A stretch of 38,950 nucleotides of DNA from Deltaproteobacteria bacterium UBA2957 (lineage in GTDB: Bacteria; Myxococcota_A; UBA796): the NCBI GenBank assembly GCA_002348535.1, contig DEBL01000088.1, forward strand, positions 1 through 38,950, in the 5' to 3' direction. Below the pieces are notes generated by a model. It made no database searches. It saw only the letters and a list, made by a program, of their open reading frames with translations, and was not told where the DNA came from. This document shows, piece after piece, positions 15,980 to 24,085 of this stretch (the first letter of the stretch is position 1; each line of letters begins with the position of its first letter). The position numbers and the translations under genes were made by a program.

Positions 15980-18088
15980 CTACAGGGTGGCTTCGAGGGC
16001 TTCTTTGCGGCTGAGACGAATCTTTCCGCTGCGCTTGTCGATGTCGATCACGCGAACCAACACTTCGTCGCCTTCGGTCACCACATCCGTTGTTTGCTCA
16101 ACGCGTTCGTTGGCCAAGTGGCTGATGTGCACCAAGCCTTCCGTTCCCGGGAAGATCTCGATGAAGGCACCGAAGTCCACTGTCCGCTTCACAACGCCCA
16201 AGTACAGCTTTCCGATTTCGGCTTCTTGGGTGAGCTCGCGAATCATGCCAAGCGCCTTGTTGGTGGCGTCTGCATCCGAGCTGGCGATGAGCACGGTACC
16301 GTCGTCTTCGACTGTAATCCGAACGCCGCACTCTTCTTGCATGCCCCGAATCGTCCGACCACCAGGGCCGATGATGTCCCGAATCTTGTCTTGCTTGACC
16401 TTAAGCTTGGTGATTCGAGGAGCATTCGCAGCGATGTCTTCGCGTGGCTCGCTGATGGACTTCGCCATCTCGTCGAGAATGTGAATCCGGCCTTCACGGG
16501 CTTGCCCAAGGGCCTTGGCCATGATTTCCCGGCTCACCGAGTCGATCTTGGTGTCCATCTGGAACGCAGTGATTCCATTCCGGGTACCGGTGACCTTGAA
16601 GTCCATGTCGCCCAAATGATCTTCATCACCAAGGATGTCGGAGAGGACTGCGAAGTCATCGCCTTCCTTGATGAGGCCCATTGCAATACCGGCAACTGGT
16701 GCCTTGAGGGGAACACCGGCATCCATCAGCGCAAGGGTCGAACCGCAGACGGTCGCCATGGAGCTGGATCCGTTGGATTCAAGCACATCCGAACAGCAAC
16801 GAAGAACATACGGGAAGTCCTCTTGCTTTGGAAGCACAGGAATGAGACTGCGGTGAGCCAAGTTTCCGTGCCCAATCTCGCGACGCTTTGGACCGCGAAG
16901 CATGCGCGCTTCACCGGTGCAGAACGGCGGGAAGTTGTAGGTCAACATCCACCGACGGAATTCAGTTTGTGAACCCGCAAAGTCGATGCGCTGTGAGTCC
17001 ATTTCCATGCCGAGAGCCGCGGTCACGAAGGTCTGGGTTTCTCCCCGCGTGAACAGAGCAGAACCATGGGACTTGGCAGCGACGCTGACTCGAGAGTCGA
17101 TGAACCGAATTTCGTCCGTGGCGCGACCGTCAATGCGACGACGCTCGCCGAGGACTTGCTTCCGCATCACCTTACCGACCATCTTGTCCCACGCTTCCTT
17201 GGCGTCGTTGGTCTTGGCTTCGATCACATCTTCATCGGTTTCACCGTCGAGCATCGACTCGATGACCGCATTGCGAGCAGCCTTCAGTTGCTCCTTTCGC
17301 TCGTGCTTTCCGGTGATGGCCATTGCCGCGACGAGGCTATCGGTACCGTTGGCTTCGACATAGGCGAGAACATCAGCGTCGAGTTCAGGCGCAGGAGGAA
17401 CCTCTGCCTTCTCCACACCGGCGATGTCACGAAGTTCATTGATGGCACCGATGATCTTCTTGATCTCGGAGTGCGCGTGATCCATCGCGTCCATCATCTG
17501 GTCTTCAGACATTTCATTGGCGCCGCCTTCCACCATGCACACGGCGTCTTCTGTACCGGCAACGACAAGGTTCATGTCGGCCGTTTCCATCTGAGCGCGG
17601 CTGGGGTTTACAACCAACTCACCATCGATGGACGACACTCGAACACCAGCGATGGCCCGTTGAAGGGGTGCGTTCGAGATGTGAAGGGCTGCGGATGCTC
17701 CGCACATGGCGAGCGTGTCGGTGTCGGTGGTCTCATCGTAAGACAAGACGGTCGCAATCACCTGTGTCTCGTTGCGGTATTGCTTTGGAAACTGTGGGCG
17801 GATGGGGCGGTCGATCATGCGAGCGATCAATGTCTCGCGTTCGTTCGAGCGTCCTTCGCGCTTGAAGTAGTTCCCGGGGATCGAGCCGTAGGCCCCGTTC
17901 CGGTCTTGGTATTCGCAGGTCAAGGGCAGGAAGTCGAACCGGGCAGGGCCACCGGTAACGGCGGTCACAAGCACGGAGGAATCACCCACGCGAACGATGA
18001 CGGAACCGTCGGCTTGCTTAGCCATAAGGCCCGTCTCAAAGGTCATAGTGGTCCCGCCGATTTCGACGGATACGGATTTGGTTTCCAT
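15980..18088 (-). CDS. pnp: Polyribonucleotide nucleotidyltransferase (PNPase)
   Basis: The architecture is full-length: two RNase PH domains, a KH domain (GPGGRTIRGMQEE) and an S1 domain (GKLYLGVVKRTVDFGAFIEI). ATG 18088 with GGAGAA upstream is preferred over GTG 18106. Confidence 0.97.
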   Translation of the reverse strand: METKSVSVEIGGTTMTFETGLMAKQADGSVIVRVGDSSVLVTAVTGGPARFDFLPLTCEYQDRNGAYGSIPGNYFKREGRSNERETLIARMIDRPIRPQFPKQYRNETQVIATVLSYDETTDTDTLAMCGASAALHISNAPLQRAIAGVRVSSIDGELVVNPSRAQMETADMNLVVAGTEDAVCMVEGGANEMSEDQMMDAMDHAHSEIKKIIGAINELRDIAGVEKAEVPPAPELDADVLAYVEANGTDSLVAAMAITGKHERKEQLKAARNAVIESMLDGETDEDVIEAKTNDAKEAWDKMVGKVMRKQVLGERRRIDGRATDEIRFIDSRVSVAAKSHGSALFTRGETQTFVTAALGMEMDSQRIDFAGSQTEFRRWMLTYNFPPFCTGEARMLRGPKRREIGHGNLAHRSLIPVLPKQEDFPYVLRCCSDVLESNGSSSMATVCGSTLALMDAGVPLKAPVAGIAMGLIKEGDDFAVLSDILGDEDHLGDMDFKVTGTRNGITAFQMDTKIDSVSREIMAKALGQAREGRIHILDEMAKSISEPREDIAANAPRITKLKVKQDKIRDIIGPGGRTIRGMQEECGVRITVEDDGTVLIASSDADATNKALGMIRELTQEAEIGKLYLGVVKRTVDFGAFIEIFPGTEGLVHISHLANERVEQTTDVVTEGDEVLVRVIDIDKRSGKIRLSRKEALEATL

Positions 18089-18330
18089 TTGGTTCTCCAA
18101 ATGCACGGGCGCATCGCATGGCCGTCCATTTGGCCACTGCTCCCGCTGTGTTTTTTTGGGGGTGCGCGCACACGCGCGCGCCGCAATCAGGGACAGGTCT
18201 CAGGCTTCAAAACGCGACCGAGACTCCGTAGACCTGCGAAGATTGAATGATTCCAGCGCATTCAAGCTGCGAAGACCTGCGGGATCCGGCTGTCCAAAGA
18301 CGTTGACCGATTGCGGGTATTGTAAAGAAC
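18089..18330 (-). promoter_or_regulatory. Structured rpsO-pnp intergenic leader (candidate pnp 5' UTR regulatory/processing region)
   Basis: This ~240-nt non-coding gap holds several inverted repeats: CAGGTCT 18194-18200 with AGACCTG 18230-18236; TTGAATG 18243-18249 with CATTCAA 18259-18265; and a GCGCGC palindrome at about 18163-18181. A direct repeat CTGCGAAGA lies at 18234-18242 and 18268-18276. Confidence 0.4.
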
Positions 18331-18365
18331 AAAGAAAAACGGGCGACTGTATAGCCGCCCGTTTG
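18331..18365 (-). terminator. Rho-independent terminator/attenuator downstream of rpsO
   Basis: On the minus strand a 9-bp stem AAACGGGCG(10-nt loop)CGCCCGTTT (18338-18346 / 18357-18365) is followed by TTTTTCTTTG, 3 nt after the rpsO stop. Confidence 0.7.
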
Positions 18366-18368
18366 GAA

Positions 18369-18638
18369 CTAACGCCGAAGGCCGAGGCTCTTGATGAGCG
18401 CCTTGTAGCGATCCTCATCGTTCGTCCGCAGGTATTTCAGCAGACGGCGACGGCGACCAACCAACTTGAGCAGACCACGACGGCTGTGGTGGTCTTTTTT
18501 GTGGGTCTTGAAGTGGCCGTTGAGGTAGTTGATGCGCTCAGTAAGAAGCGCGACCTGAACCTCTGGTGAACCCGTGTCACCCTCGTGGGTGGCGTAGGTT
18601 GTCATCAGTTCTTGCTTGCGTTCAGCAGTCATTGCCAT
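18369..18638 (-). CDS. rpsO: 30S ribosomal protein S15
   Basis: The 89-aa product contains [51 protein letters not shown], which is unmistakably S15. Confidence 0.97.
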   Translation of the reverse strand: MAMTAERKQELMTTYATHEGDTGSPEVQVALLTERINYLNGHFKTHKKDHHSRRGLLKLVGRRRRLLKYLRTNDEDRYKALIKSLGLRR

Positions 18639-18719
18639 TTTGATGTCTCCTTCATTTTCGCCTCAGCAGGTGACCGCCGGATGGCATACCGGGGGGTGCC
18701 GCTTGAGACGCTGACAGCC

Positions 18720-18748
18720 GCTTATGGCCCGTTGTGTTCGACTCGTCA
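18720..18748 (-). promoter_or_regulatory. Candidate sigma70-type promoter for rpsO
   Basis: On the minus strand TTGACG (18743-18748) is followed by a 17-nt spacer and CATAAG (18720-18725), about 80 nt upstream of the rpsO ATG. The -10 element is weak. Confidence 0.3.
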
Positions 18749-18772
18749 AGAGATTGGGAACACTTGATCGCC

Positions 18773-20182
18773 CTAAATTGCCATTCCGTAGATTCCATAC
18801 AGCAGCATCTTGGGGCTGATGGTGCGCAAATCGATGAACTGCTTCTTGAGCTGACGGGGCCGCATGTAGAATCGCCGGGTGGCCCAAGACTGCATCTTCA
18901 CCAGCGTGGATGGATCGTAGCCATGGGGGTGGTAGATCAAGCGATCGGGGTCAGGATTGAACGTGGTGTAGTTCTCCCAGTCATCTCGAAACAGGTCTTT
19001 CTGCCATCGGTCCTCGAATAGCTTTGAACCCGGAAACGGCACGGTGATGGCAAACTTGGCGAAGTCAAGGTCGAGGTCAACGGCGAACTCCACGGTTTCT
19101 TTGGTCATCTCCGGCGTCTCTCCGGGCATGCCAATCATGAACAGGCCGACGGTTTGAATCCCGGCGTTGCGTGCATTGTCGACACCAACGCGGACTTTCT
19201 CGGTCGTGATCCGCTTGTTCACATTCCCCAGCAAAAGATCCACGCCCGACTCGATGCCCATCAACACACGTCGGCATCCACCGTCGTACATCATCTGACA
19301 GGTCTCGGGATCGAGTCGATCCGCCCGTGTTTCGCTCAGCCACTGACACTTTTTATCCAAGCCGCGGGCGACCAGCTCTGTGGTGAAGGGCTCCAAGTCC
19401 CGCTTAACCAACGGAAAGATGGGATCGATGAACCCGATTTGCTTCACCCCAAATCGGTCCACCAGATACTCATACTCGTCCACAATCTTGACCGGATCGC
19501 GACGACGGTACACCTTTCCTCCGGTGTGAATCAGCGAGCAGTAGTCGCACCGATACGGACATCCTCGAGACCCCGATATGGTCAATACTGGCTTTGCAAA
19601 ATCGGCAAACGGCAAGAGGCCATACTTGTGGTACGGAAACAGGTGCCACGCCGGGTATGGAAGCGAATCCAAGTCTTGGTTGATCGCCCGCGCCTTGTTG
19701 GTGACAACGCCATCATCCGACCGCCAAGTCAACCCATCGATGGCGGAAAAATCAGTCTCGTTGCTCGCCAAGGCATCGACCAGTTCATTGATCGTGATCT
19801 CACCATCCCCATGAACGGCGAAATCAGCGTCTCGTGACACAACAATTTCCCGTCCAAAGACATCCGCATGCACACCGCCCCAGACGATCTTTGTCTCGGG
19901 GAGGCGAACCCTGAGCCGTGAACTGATGGCCGAGCAAACCGGTGCCGACGGCGTCAAGACCGTCATGCCGATCAGGTCAGGACGGAATCGCTCCGACTTC
20001 TCTGCAACTTGGTCCACATCGAGGCGTTCCGCAAACATGTCGATGACGCGAACATGGCAGCCATGCTGTTCGAGCGCCGCCGCGATGTAGGCCAAGCCAA
20101 TGCACGGCATGGGCTCAAGCAAGCCCGAGAACCGACCCAACTTGGCGAGGTTCATCGCCGGATTGATCAACAGAACGCGCAT
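18773..20182 (-). CDS. B12-binding-domain radical SAM protein (class B rSAM), function unknown
   Basis: ATG 20182 gives MRVLLINP...IGLAYIAAALEQHGCHVRVIDM...DLIGMTVLT...VWGGVHA, an N-terminal cobalamin-binding Rossmann domain. SGSRGCPYRCDYCS follows as the CxxxCxxC radical SAM cluster motif, with GIESG downstream. Confidence 0.9.
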   Translation of the reverse strand: MRVLLINPAMNLAKLGRFSGLLEPMPCIGLAYIAAALEQHGCHVRVIDMFAERLDVDQVAEKSERFRPDLIGMTVLTPSAPVCSAISSRLRVRLPETKIVWGGVHADVFGREIVVSRDADFAVHGDGEITINELVDALASNETDFSAIDGLTWRSDDGVVTNKARAINQDLDSLPYPAWHLFPYHKYGLLPFADFAKPVLTISGSRGCPYRCDYCSLIHTGGKVYRRRDPVKIVDEYEYLVDRFGVKQIGFIDPIFPLVKRDLEPFTTELVARGLDKKCQWLSETRADRLDPETCQMMYDGGCRRVLMGIESGVDLLLGNVNKRITTEKVRVGVDNARNAGIQTVGLFMIGMPGETPEMTKETVEFAVDLDLDFAKFAITVPFPGSKLFEDRWQKDLFRDDWENYTTFNPDPDRLIYHPHGYDPSTLVKMQSWATRRFYMRPRQLKKQFIDLRTISPKMLLYGIYGMAI

Positions 20183-20211
20183 TCGGTCTCTTCTCCCACC
20201 TTCACTGTACC

Positions 20212-21648
20212 TCATTGCTTGGGAAAACGATTGCCGTCTTCTTCGGAAATGTGGTCCGGCAGCCGCGCGATGTCCTTTCGCGTGAGGTACTGAAAAAATA
20301 CAGGATGGGCCTGAGTGAGCCCCCACTTTCGTTGATGCTGTACGGAGTGGTGATCATAAGCCGCTGCCACGGTAGCCTGTGCACCTTCAAACATTGGAGT
20401 GAAGGTGATGGATGGACCCACAAAATTTCGACTTGGTACCATCGCAGCTGGGCGCAAGCCGAGGATTGACTCCGGCGACATCTCGCGGACTTCGGTCCGT
20501 CCCGAGGCATCAATCACGGGCCCCCCGTAGTGGTACGCAATGGACCCTGCGCTGTGCAAGACGACCGGCTGCGGAGAACTAAATCGCCACTTTAAGAAGC
20601 GAGCCATCGCCTGGGATTCCTTCAGCGCAATCCGCCGCTCTCTGGCCACACCTTCTACCGAGGCACGAGGACGGGCAACGTCAATGACGACCAACAGCAA
20701 CGCCGTGATGACCACCGCCCGGCCCCGGCGAATGTTCATCATGGTGTGCGTGCTGAGCCAACAAAACGCCACAACCGCCGGTAAAAAACGGTCCGCGCCA
20801 GGCGCAACATCCCCTGAACCCGTGATGCCCCGAAACAGCCACACCAAGGCACACCACCCGGCCACACGCGTTGCCGGATGACCAAAGGTCGTGGAGCCCA
20901 CACCGAACACGCCAAGGGTCAGGAGGACGGGCATGGCTCCCGCAAGCACAACCAGCCGTTGTGGAGTGATAATCTGGAGGTCGACTGCGAGCGCTGTTGG
21001 AAACTCAAGTCCCAGCAAAAGTCCGCCCATCACCTGCACGGCACCCGCAACCGATACGGACCAAATCATCCTGCGATCGGCAGCCACTGCGCCAAGCGAT
21101 GCCGCCAACCCAAACGGTCCGCAGAGAGCGAGTCCACCAACCGCAATCGTGGGCAACACACGGCCCTTCGGCGTATCCAGCGGGTGTCTGATGGTCATCA
21201 AGACCAAAGCCGTCCACATTGCTAACCATGCGTCATTGGTCCCCGAACGCGCGGCGATAAGGAGCGGACTCGAAGCCGCGAAGGCGACAACTGGGAGCAG
21301 GCATCGCCCAAAATCGAGCCGGCGAATTGCATCTGCGAACAACACGGTCACACAGAGTCCCGCCGCCAACACACCCAAGACCGGCAGCGCTTTCACGGGC
21401 TCCACACCGATACCGTGCAGTCCCGTCAGGACGGACACCCATAGCGAATCGAGAAACCCCATGGTCGCCGCATCTTGGCCGGGTAGACGGCCCGATCGAC
21501 CCCATGAGAACGAAAAGGCGTAACGAACGGGGACAAAGGCCCGATCGACCCACATCGAGGTTCCCGACCACGCCTGAGCGGACACTGCCGCCCCCACTGC
21601 GCTTCCAGCCCCCCATGCGAGGAGTGGGCGGCGAAGACTCGGAGTCAA
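20212..21648 (-). CDS. Polytopic membrane protein with C-terminal soluble domain (possible GT-C-type glycosyltransferase)
   Basis: About 10 hydrophobic segments span residues 1-340, followed by a ~130-aa hydrophilic tail. TTG 21648 overlaps the upstream TGA as TTGA; an alternative ATG lies at 21555. I recognise no sharp motif, so the GT-C assignment is a guess from topology. Confidence 0.55.
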   Translation of the reverse strand: MTPSLRRPLLAWGAGSAVGAAVSAQAWSGTSMWVDRAFVPVRYAFSFSWGRSGRLPGQDAATMGFLDSLWVSVLTGLHGIGVEPVKALPVLGVLAAGLCVTVLFADAIRRLDFGRCLLPVVAFAASSPLLIAARSGTNDAWLAMWTALVLMTIRHPLDTPKGRVLPTIAVGGLALCGPFGLAASLGAVAADRRMIWSVSVAGAVQVMGGLLLGLEFPTALAVDLQIITPQRLVVLAGAMPVLLTLGVFGVGSTTFGHPATRVAGWCALVWLFRGITGSGDVAPGADRFLPAVVAFCWLSTHTMMNIRRGRAVVITALLLVVIDVARPRASVEGVARERRIALKESQAMARFLKWRFSSPQPVVLHSAGSIAYHYGGPVIDASGRTEVREMSPESILGLRPAAMVPSRNFVGPSITFTPMFEGAQATVAAAYDHHSVQHQRKWGLTQAHPVFFQYLTRKDIARLPDHISEEDGNRFPKQ

Positions 21649-22487
21649 GAGACCCCCATCACCAAGTCAGCAACGCTCAGTCCATCGAGGACCTGTTCCA
21701 TTGGAATGTACGACTCCGCTCCATCAAGGATCGATGCCGTCGCTGCCAGTTGGTCGACCTGAAACAGTCCTTCCGTCGGCTCAAGTTCAACTTCCTCACC
21801 ATCAAGAAAGATTTGCCGCGCCTGTTGACGAACAATTCCGCAGTCGAATTCGAGCACCATCTCGAGGTTTCGCTCCAACCCTTCTTCCATGCGGCAATCA
21901 AGACCAATGGTGACCCCATCCGGGTACACCAGTTGCACCGCGAGGTTGCTGGGCGTGCAACGCTCAACTTCAACGTCTTCCGGCACGCCAACCGCATCAA
22001 TAATGCGCTGAAAGCGAGCGATATTTGCGTGGGCTGGCGATGTCGCCCGGGGCCGAGCCCCGCCCCAAAATCGAACATTGCCACCCAACAAGGTTTTTCC
22101 GACCGCGAAATTTCGAATCCACCGCGCCGCAGGCGTCAGCAACTCAATGTGCTCGACGTGGAGAACTCGGTCCCGAGCCACGGAAAGCGCGAATAAACTG
22201 GATGCTTCCCCGGCCGATGCGGCAACAGGAAACTCGCACACGACGTGGCGATGGGTGGACAAAGCAATGTGAACTTGACTGGCGTGAAAGTTGTCTGGAG
22301 AACAAATGGCCACCGCGTCGACGTGCTGAAGCATTTCTTCAAACGAGGAGAAGCTCTCAAGATCAACGGACTCCGGCGATCCGCGCCAGCCTCCGACCAA
22401 CTCGGCTCTTGGGTCGGCCCGGATTGCGCGAACGCGAGCGCGACCGGCAAGCCCAACACCCAGTACGCCCCATCGAACCTTCATCAT
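21645..22487 (-). CDS. Gfo/Idh/MocA-fold NAD(P)-dependent oxidoreductase resembling biliverdin reductase A
   Basis: ATG 22487 (or 22484) follows AGAGGTG. WGVLGVGLAGRARVRAIR is the Rossmann segment. By-eye alignment to human BLVRA: VAICSPDNFHASQV/AYICSESSSHEDYI; HVVCEFPV/HVLVEYPM; RVLHVEHIELL/KVLHEEHVELL; VGKTLLGGNVRFWGG/VGKDLLKGSLLFTAG. Confidence 0.75.
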   Translation of the reverse strand: MMKVRWGVLGVGLAGRARVRAIRADPRAELVGGWRGSPESVDLESFSSFEEMLQHVDAVAICSPDNFHASQVHIALSTHRHVVCEFPVAASAGEASSLFALSVARDRVLHVEHIELLTPAARWIRNFAVGKTLLGGNVRFWGGARPRATSPAHANIARFQRIIDAVGVPEDVEVERCTPSNLAVQLVYPDGVTIGLDCRMEEGLERNLEMVLEFDCGIVRQQARQIFLDGEEVELEPTEGLFQVDQLAATASILDGAESYIPMEQVLDGLSVADLVMGVS

Positions 22488-22539
22488 TGATCGCACCTCT
22501 ATCCGTTGGCAGATAACATGGGCTCCACAGGAGTCAGCC

Positions 22540-23685
22540 TTGAGAGCAATAGTAATCGGTGGCGGAATCATGGGGCTCTGCTCTGCGCTCGCACTGCAAC
22601 AGACAGGGCATCGAGTCACCGTCTACGAACAGGGCAGCATACCGAACCCGATGGGATCGAGTGTCGACCATCACCGCCTCATCCGTCATCCCTACGGACC
22701 GTTGACGGGGTATGCGATGATGATCAACTCCGCCTTCAAGGCTTGGGGTCGCCTATGGAGCCAACTGGGTCAAACCCTGTTTCACGCCACCGGAACCCTC
22801 GTCACTGCAAGCGACGACACGGCGTGGGTCGATCAATCGTTGAGCGATATGAACGCACTTGGGATTCGTGTCGAGGCGCTCTCCGCCGATGGAATCCGCC
22901 ACCGAGCACCCATGATTCGTGCAGATGGTTTTGAGAAGGCCGCGTGGATTGACTCGGGAGGCGTGCTGTTCGCCGAGCCGATCGTGGCCGCGATCGCACG
23001 GCACCTCGTCCTCTCCGGGGTGACCGTGAACACCAACACCCCGGTTGTCGACATCGATCCGGTGCGCGGCTCCGTGACCCTCGCGGATGGAACACGCGCC
23101 CGTGCTGAAATCGTGATCGTGGCCTGCGGTCCGTGGGTGAGAGAACTGGTTCCATCCATCATGGGTCGCGTCAAGCCCAGCCGACAAGTTGTGGCCTACC
23201 TCGAACCGCCACCCCACCTCGCTGACGCGTGGAGGACGGCGCCCATGATTCTCGACATCCACGGGGCGGGGGGCATTTATGCAGTCCCTCCTGTAGGCGG
23301 AACCGGCCTCAAAGTCGGCGATCACACGTTCTCGCGCAAGGGCCATCCGAGTCGAAAACGAGAGGTGAAGCCTGGCGAAGCCGAACGGCTATTCGAGGCA
23401 TGCCGGTCACGATTTTTGGAACTCGATGCGTACCGTATTGCTCACGCAAAGACCTGCTTCTACACCGTCGAAGCCGATGAGCGATTCATTCTGGAGAAGC
23501 AGGATCGCGCTGTCATCGTGACGGGATTCTCGGGGCACGGGTTCAAATTTGGAGCCCTAATGGGTGAGATCGTGGCCGGACTTACCAATGAACGTCTCAC
23601 CCCCACCGAAGCGACCGAGCTTGCCGCAGGGCGGATAGCCGACCGGAAACGCATCGAGGCGCTCACCAGCCTTTGTTCGGATTGA
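22540..23685 (+). CDS. FAD-dependent amine oxidase of the monomeric sarcosine oxidase / N-methyltryptophan oxidase (MSOX/SolA) type
   Basis: TTG 22540 has GGAG 8 nt upstream. VIGGGIMGLCSALAL is the dinucleotide-binding motif. KTCFYTVEADERFIL...TGFSGHGFKFGALMGEI matches the MSOX/MTOX C-terminal signature, including the Cys used for covalent flavinylation. Confidence 0.8.
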   Translation: MRAIVIGGGIMGLCSALALQQTGHRVTVYEQGSIPNPMGSSVDHHRLIRHPYGPLTGYAMMINSAFKAWGRLWSQLGQTLFHATGTLVTASDDTAWVDQSLSDMNALGIRVEALSADGIRHRAPMIRADGFEKAAWIDSGGVLFAEPIVAAIARHLVLSGVTVNTNTPVVDIDPVRGSVTLADGTRARAEIVIVACGPWVRELVPSIMGRVKPSRQVVAYLEPPPHLADAWRTAPMILDIHGAGGIYAVPPVGGTGLKVGDHTFSRKGHPSRKREVKPGEAERLFEACRSRFLELDAYRIAHAKTCFYTVEADERFILEKQDRAVIVTGFSGHGFKFGALMGEIVAGLTNERLTPTEATELAAGRIADRKRIEALTSLCSD

Positions 23686-24043
23686 AGCGGCGCCGATCTC
23701 GTTTGGTGGGTCGAGGCCCTTTTCGACCCTTTCGGCTGCCCCGGTCGAACGTTGGGTCCCCCGGAACCCGTCCGGTGGGAGGGGGTGGCGGCGTGTGGTC
23801 AACATACAATGTGACCGCAACCTTGGCCGGACCCCGCTTGTCTGCCAATCCAGCAACCTCGAGGACACGCGGCCCGCCCGGGGTCAACACCTCAATGGTG
23901 TCCCCCACGACCACATTTTTGCTCGACTTGGACGTCTCTCCATTGATCGCGACATGCCCTCCCGTGCAGGCATCGGATGCCATCGAGCGCGTCTTGAACA
24001 TTCGCGCCGCCCACAACCATTTATCGACCCGAACTTTTTCCAT
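23663..24043 (-). CDS. hslR: S4-domain RNA-binding heat-shock protein 15 (ribosome-associated)
   Basis: MEKVRVDKWLWAARMFKTRSMASDACTGGHVAINGE is the Hsp15 S4 motif. A basic C-terminal tail follows. The 3' end overlaps the convergent oxidase gene by 23 nt. Confidence 0.85.
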   Translation of the reverse strand: MEKVRVDKWLWAARMFKTRSMASDACTGGHVAINGETSKSSKNVVVGDTIEVLTPGGPRVLEVAGLADKRGPAKVAVTLYVDHTPPPPPTGRVPGDPTFDRGSRKGRKGPRPTKRDRRRFNPNKGW

Positions 24044-24085
24044 GGCTTTCCGTCACAATTGGCTGAAGCATGGTAACCAACTGGC

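Noticed and set aside
18151-18183. A T7 run next to a GCGCGC palindrome in the pnp leader, considered as an intrinsic terminator.
   Set aside because: On the plus strand the T-run precedes the hairpin. On the minus strand the hairpin is followed by an A-run. Neither orientation fits a terminator, so I treat it as part of the leader structure.
15902-18250. Two long plus-strand ORFs (15902-16972 and 17066-18250) opposite pnp.
   Set aside because: They are antisense shadows of a highly conserved gene. They have no recognisable domains and a biased low-complexity composition.
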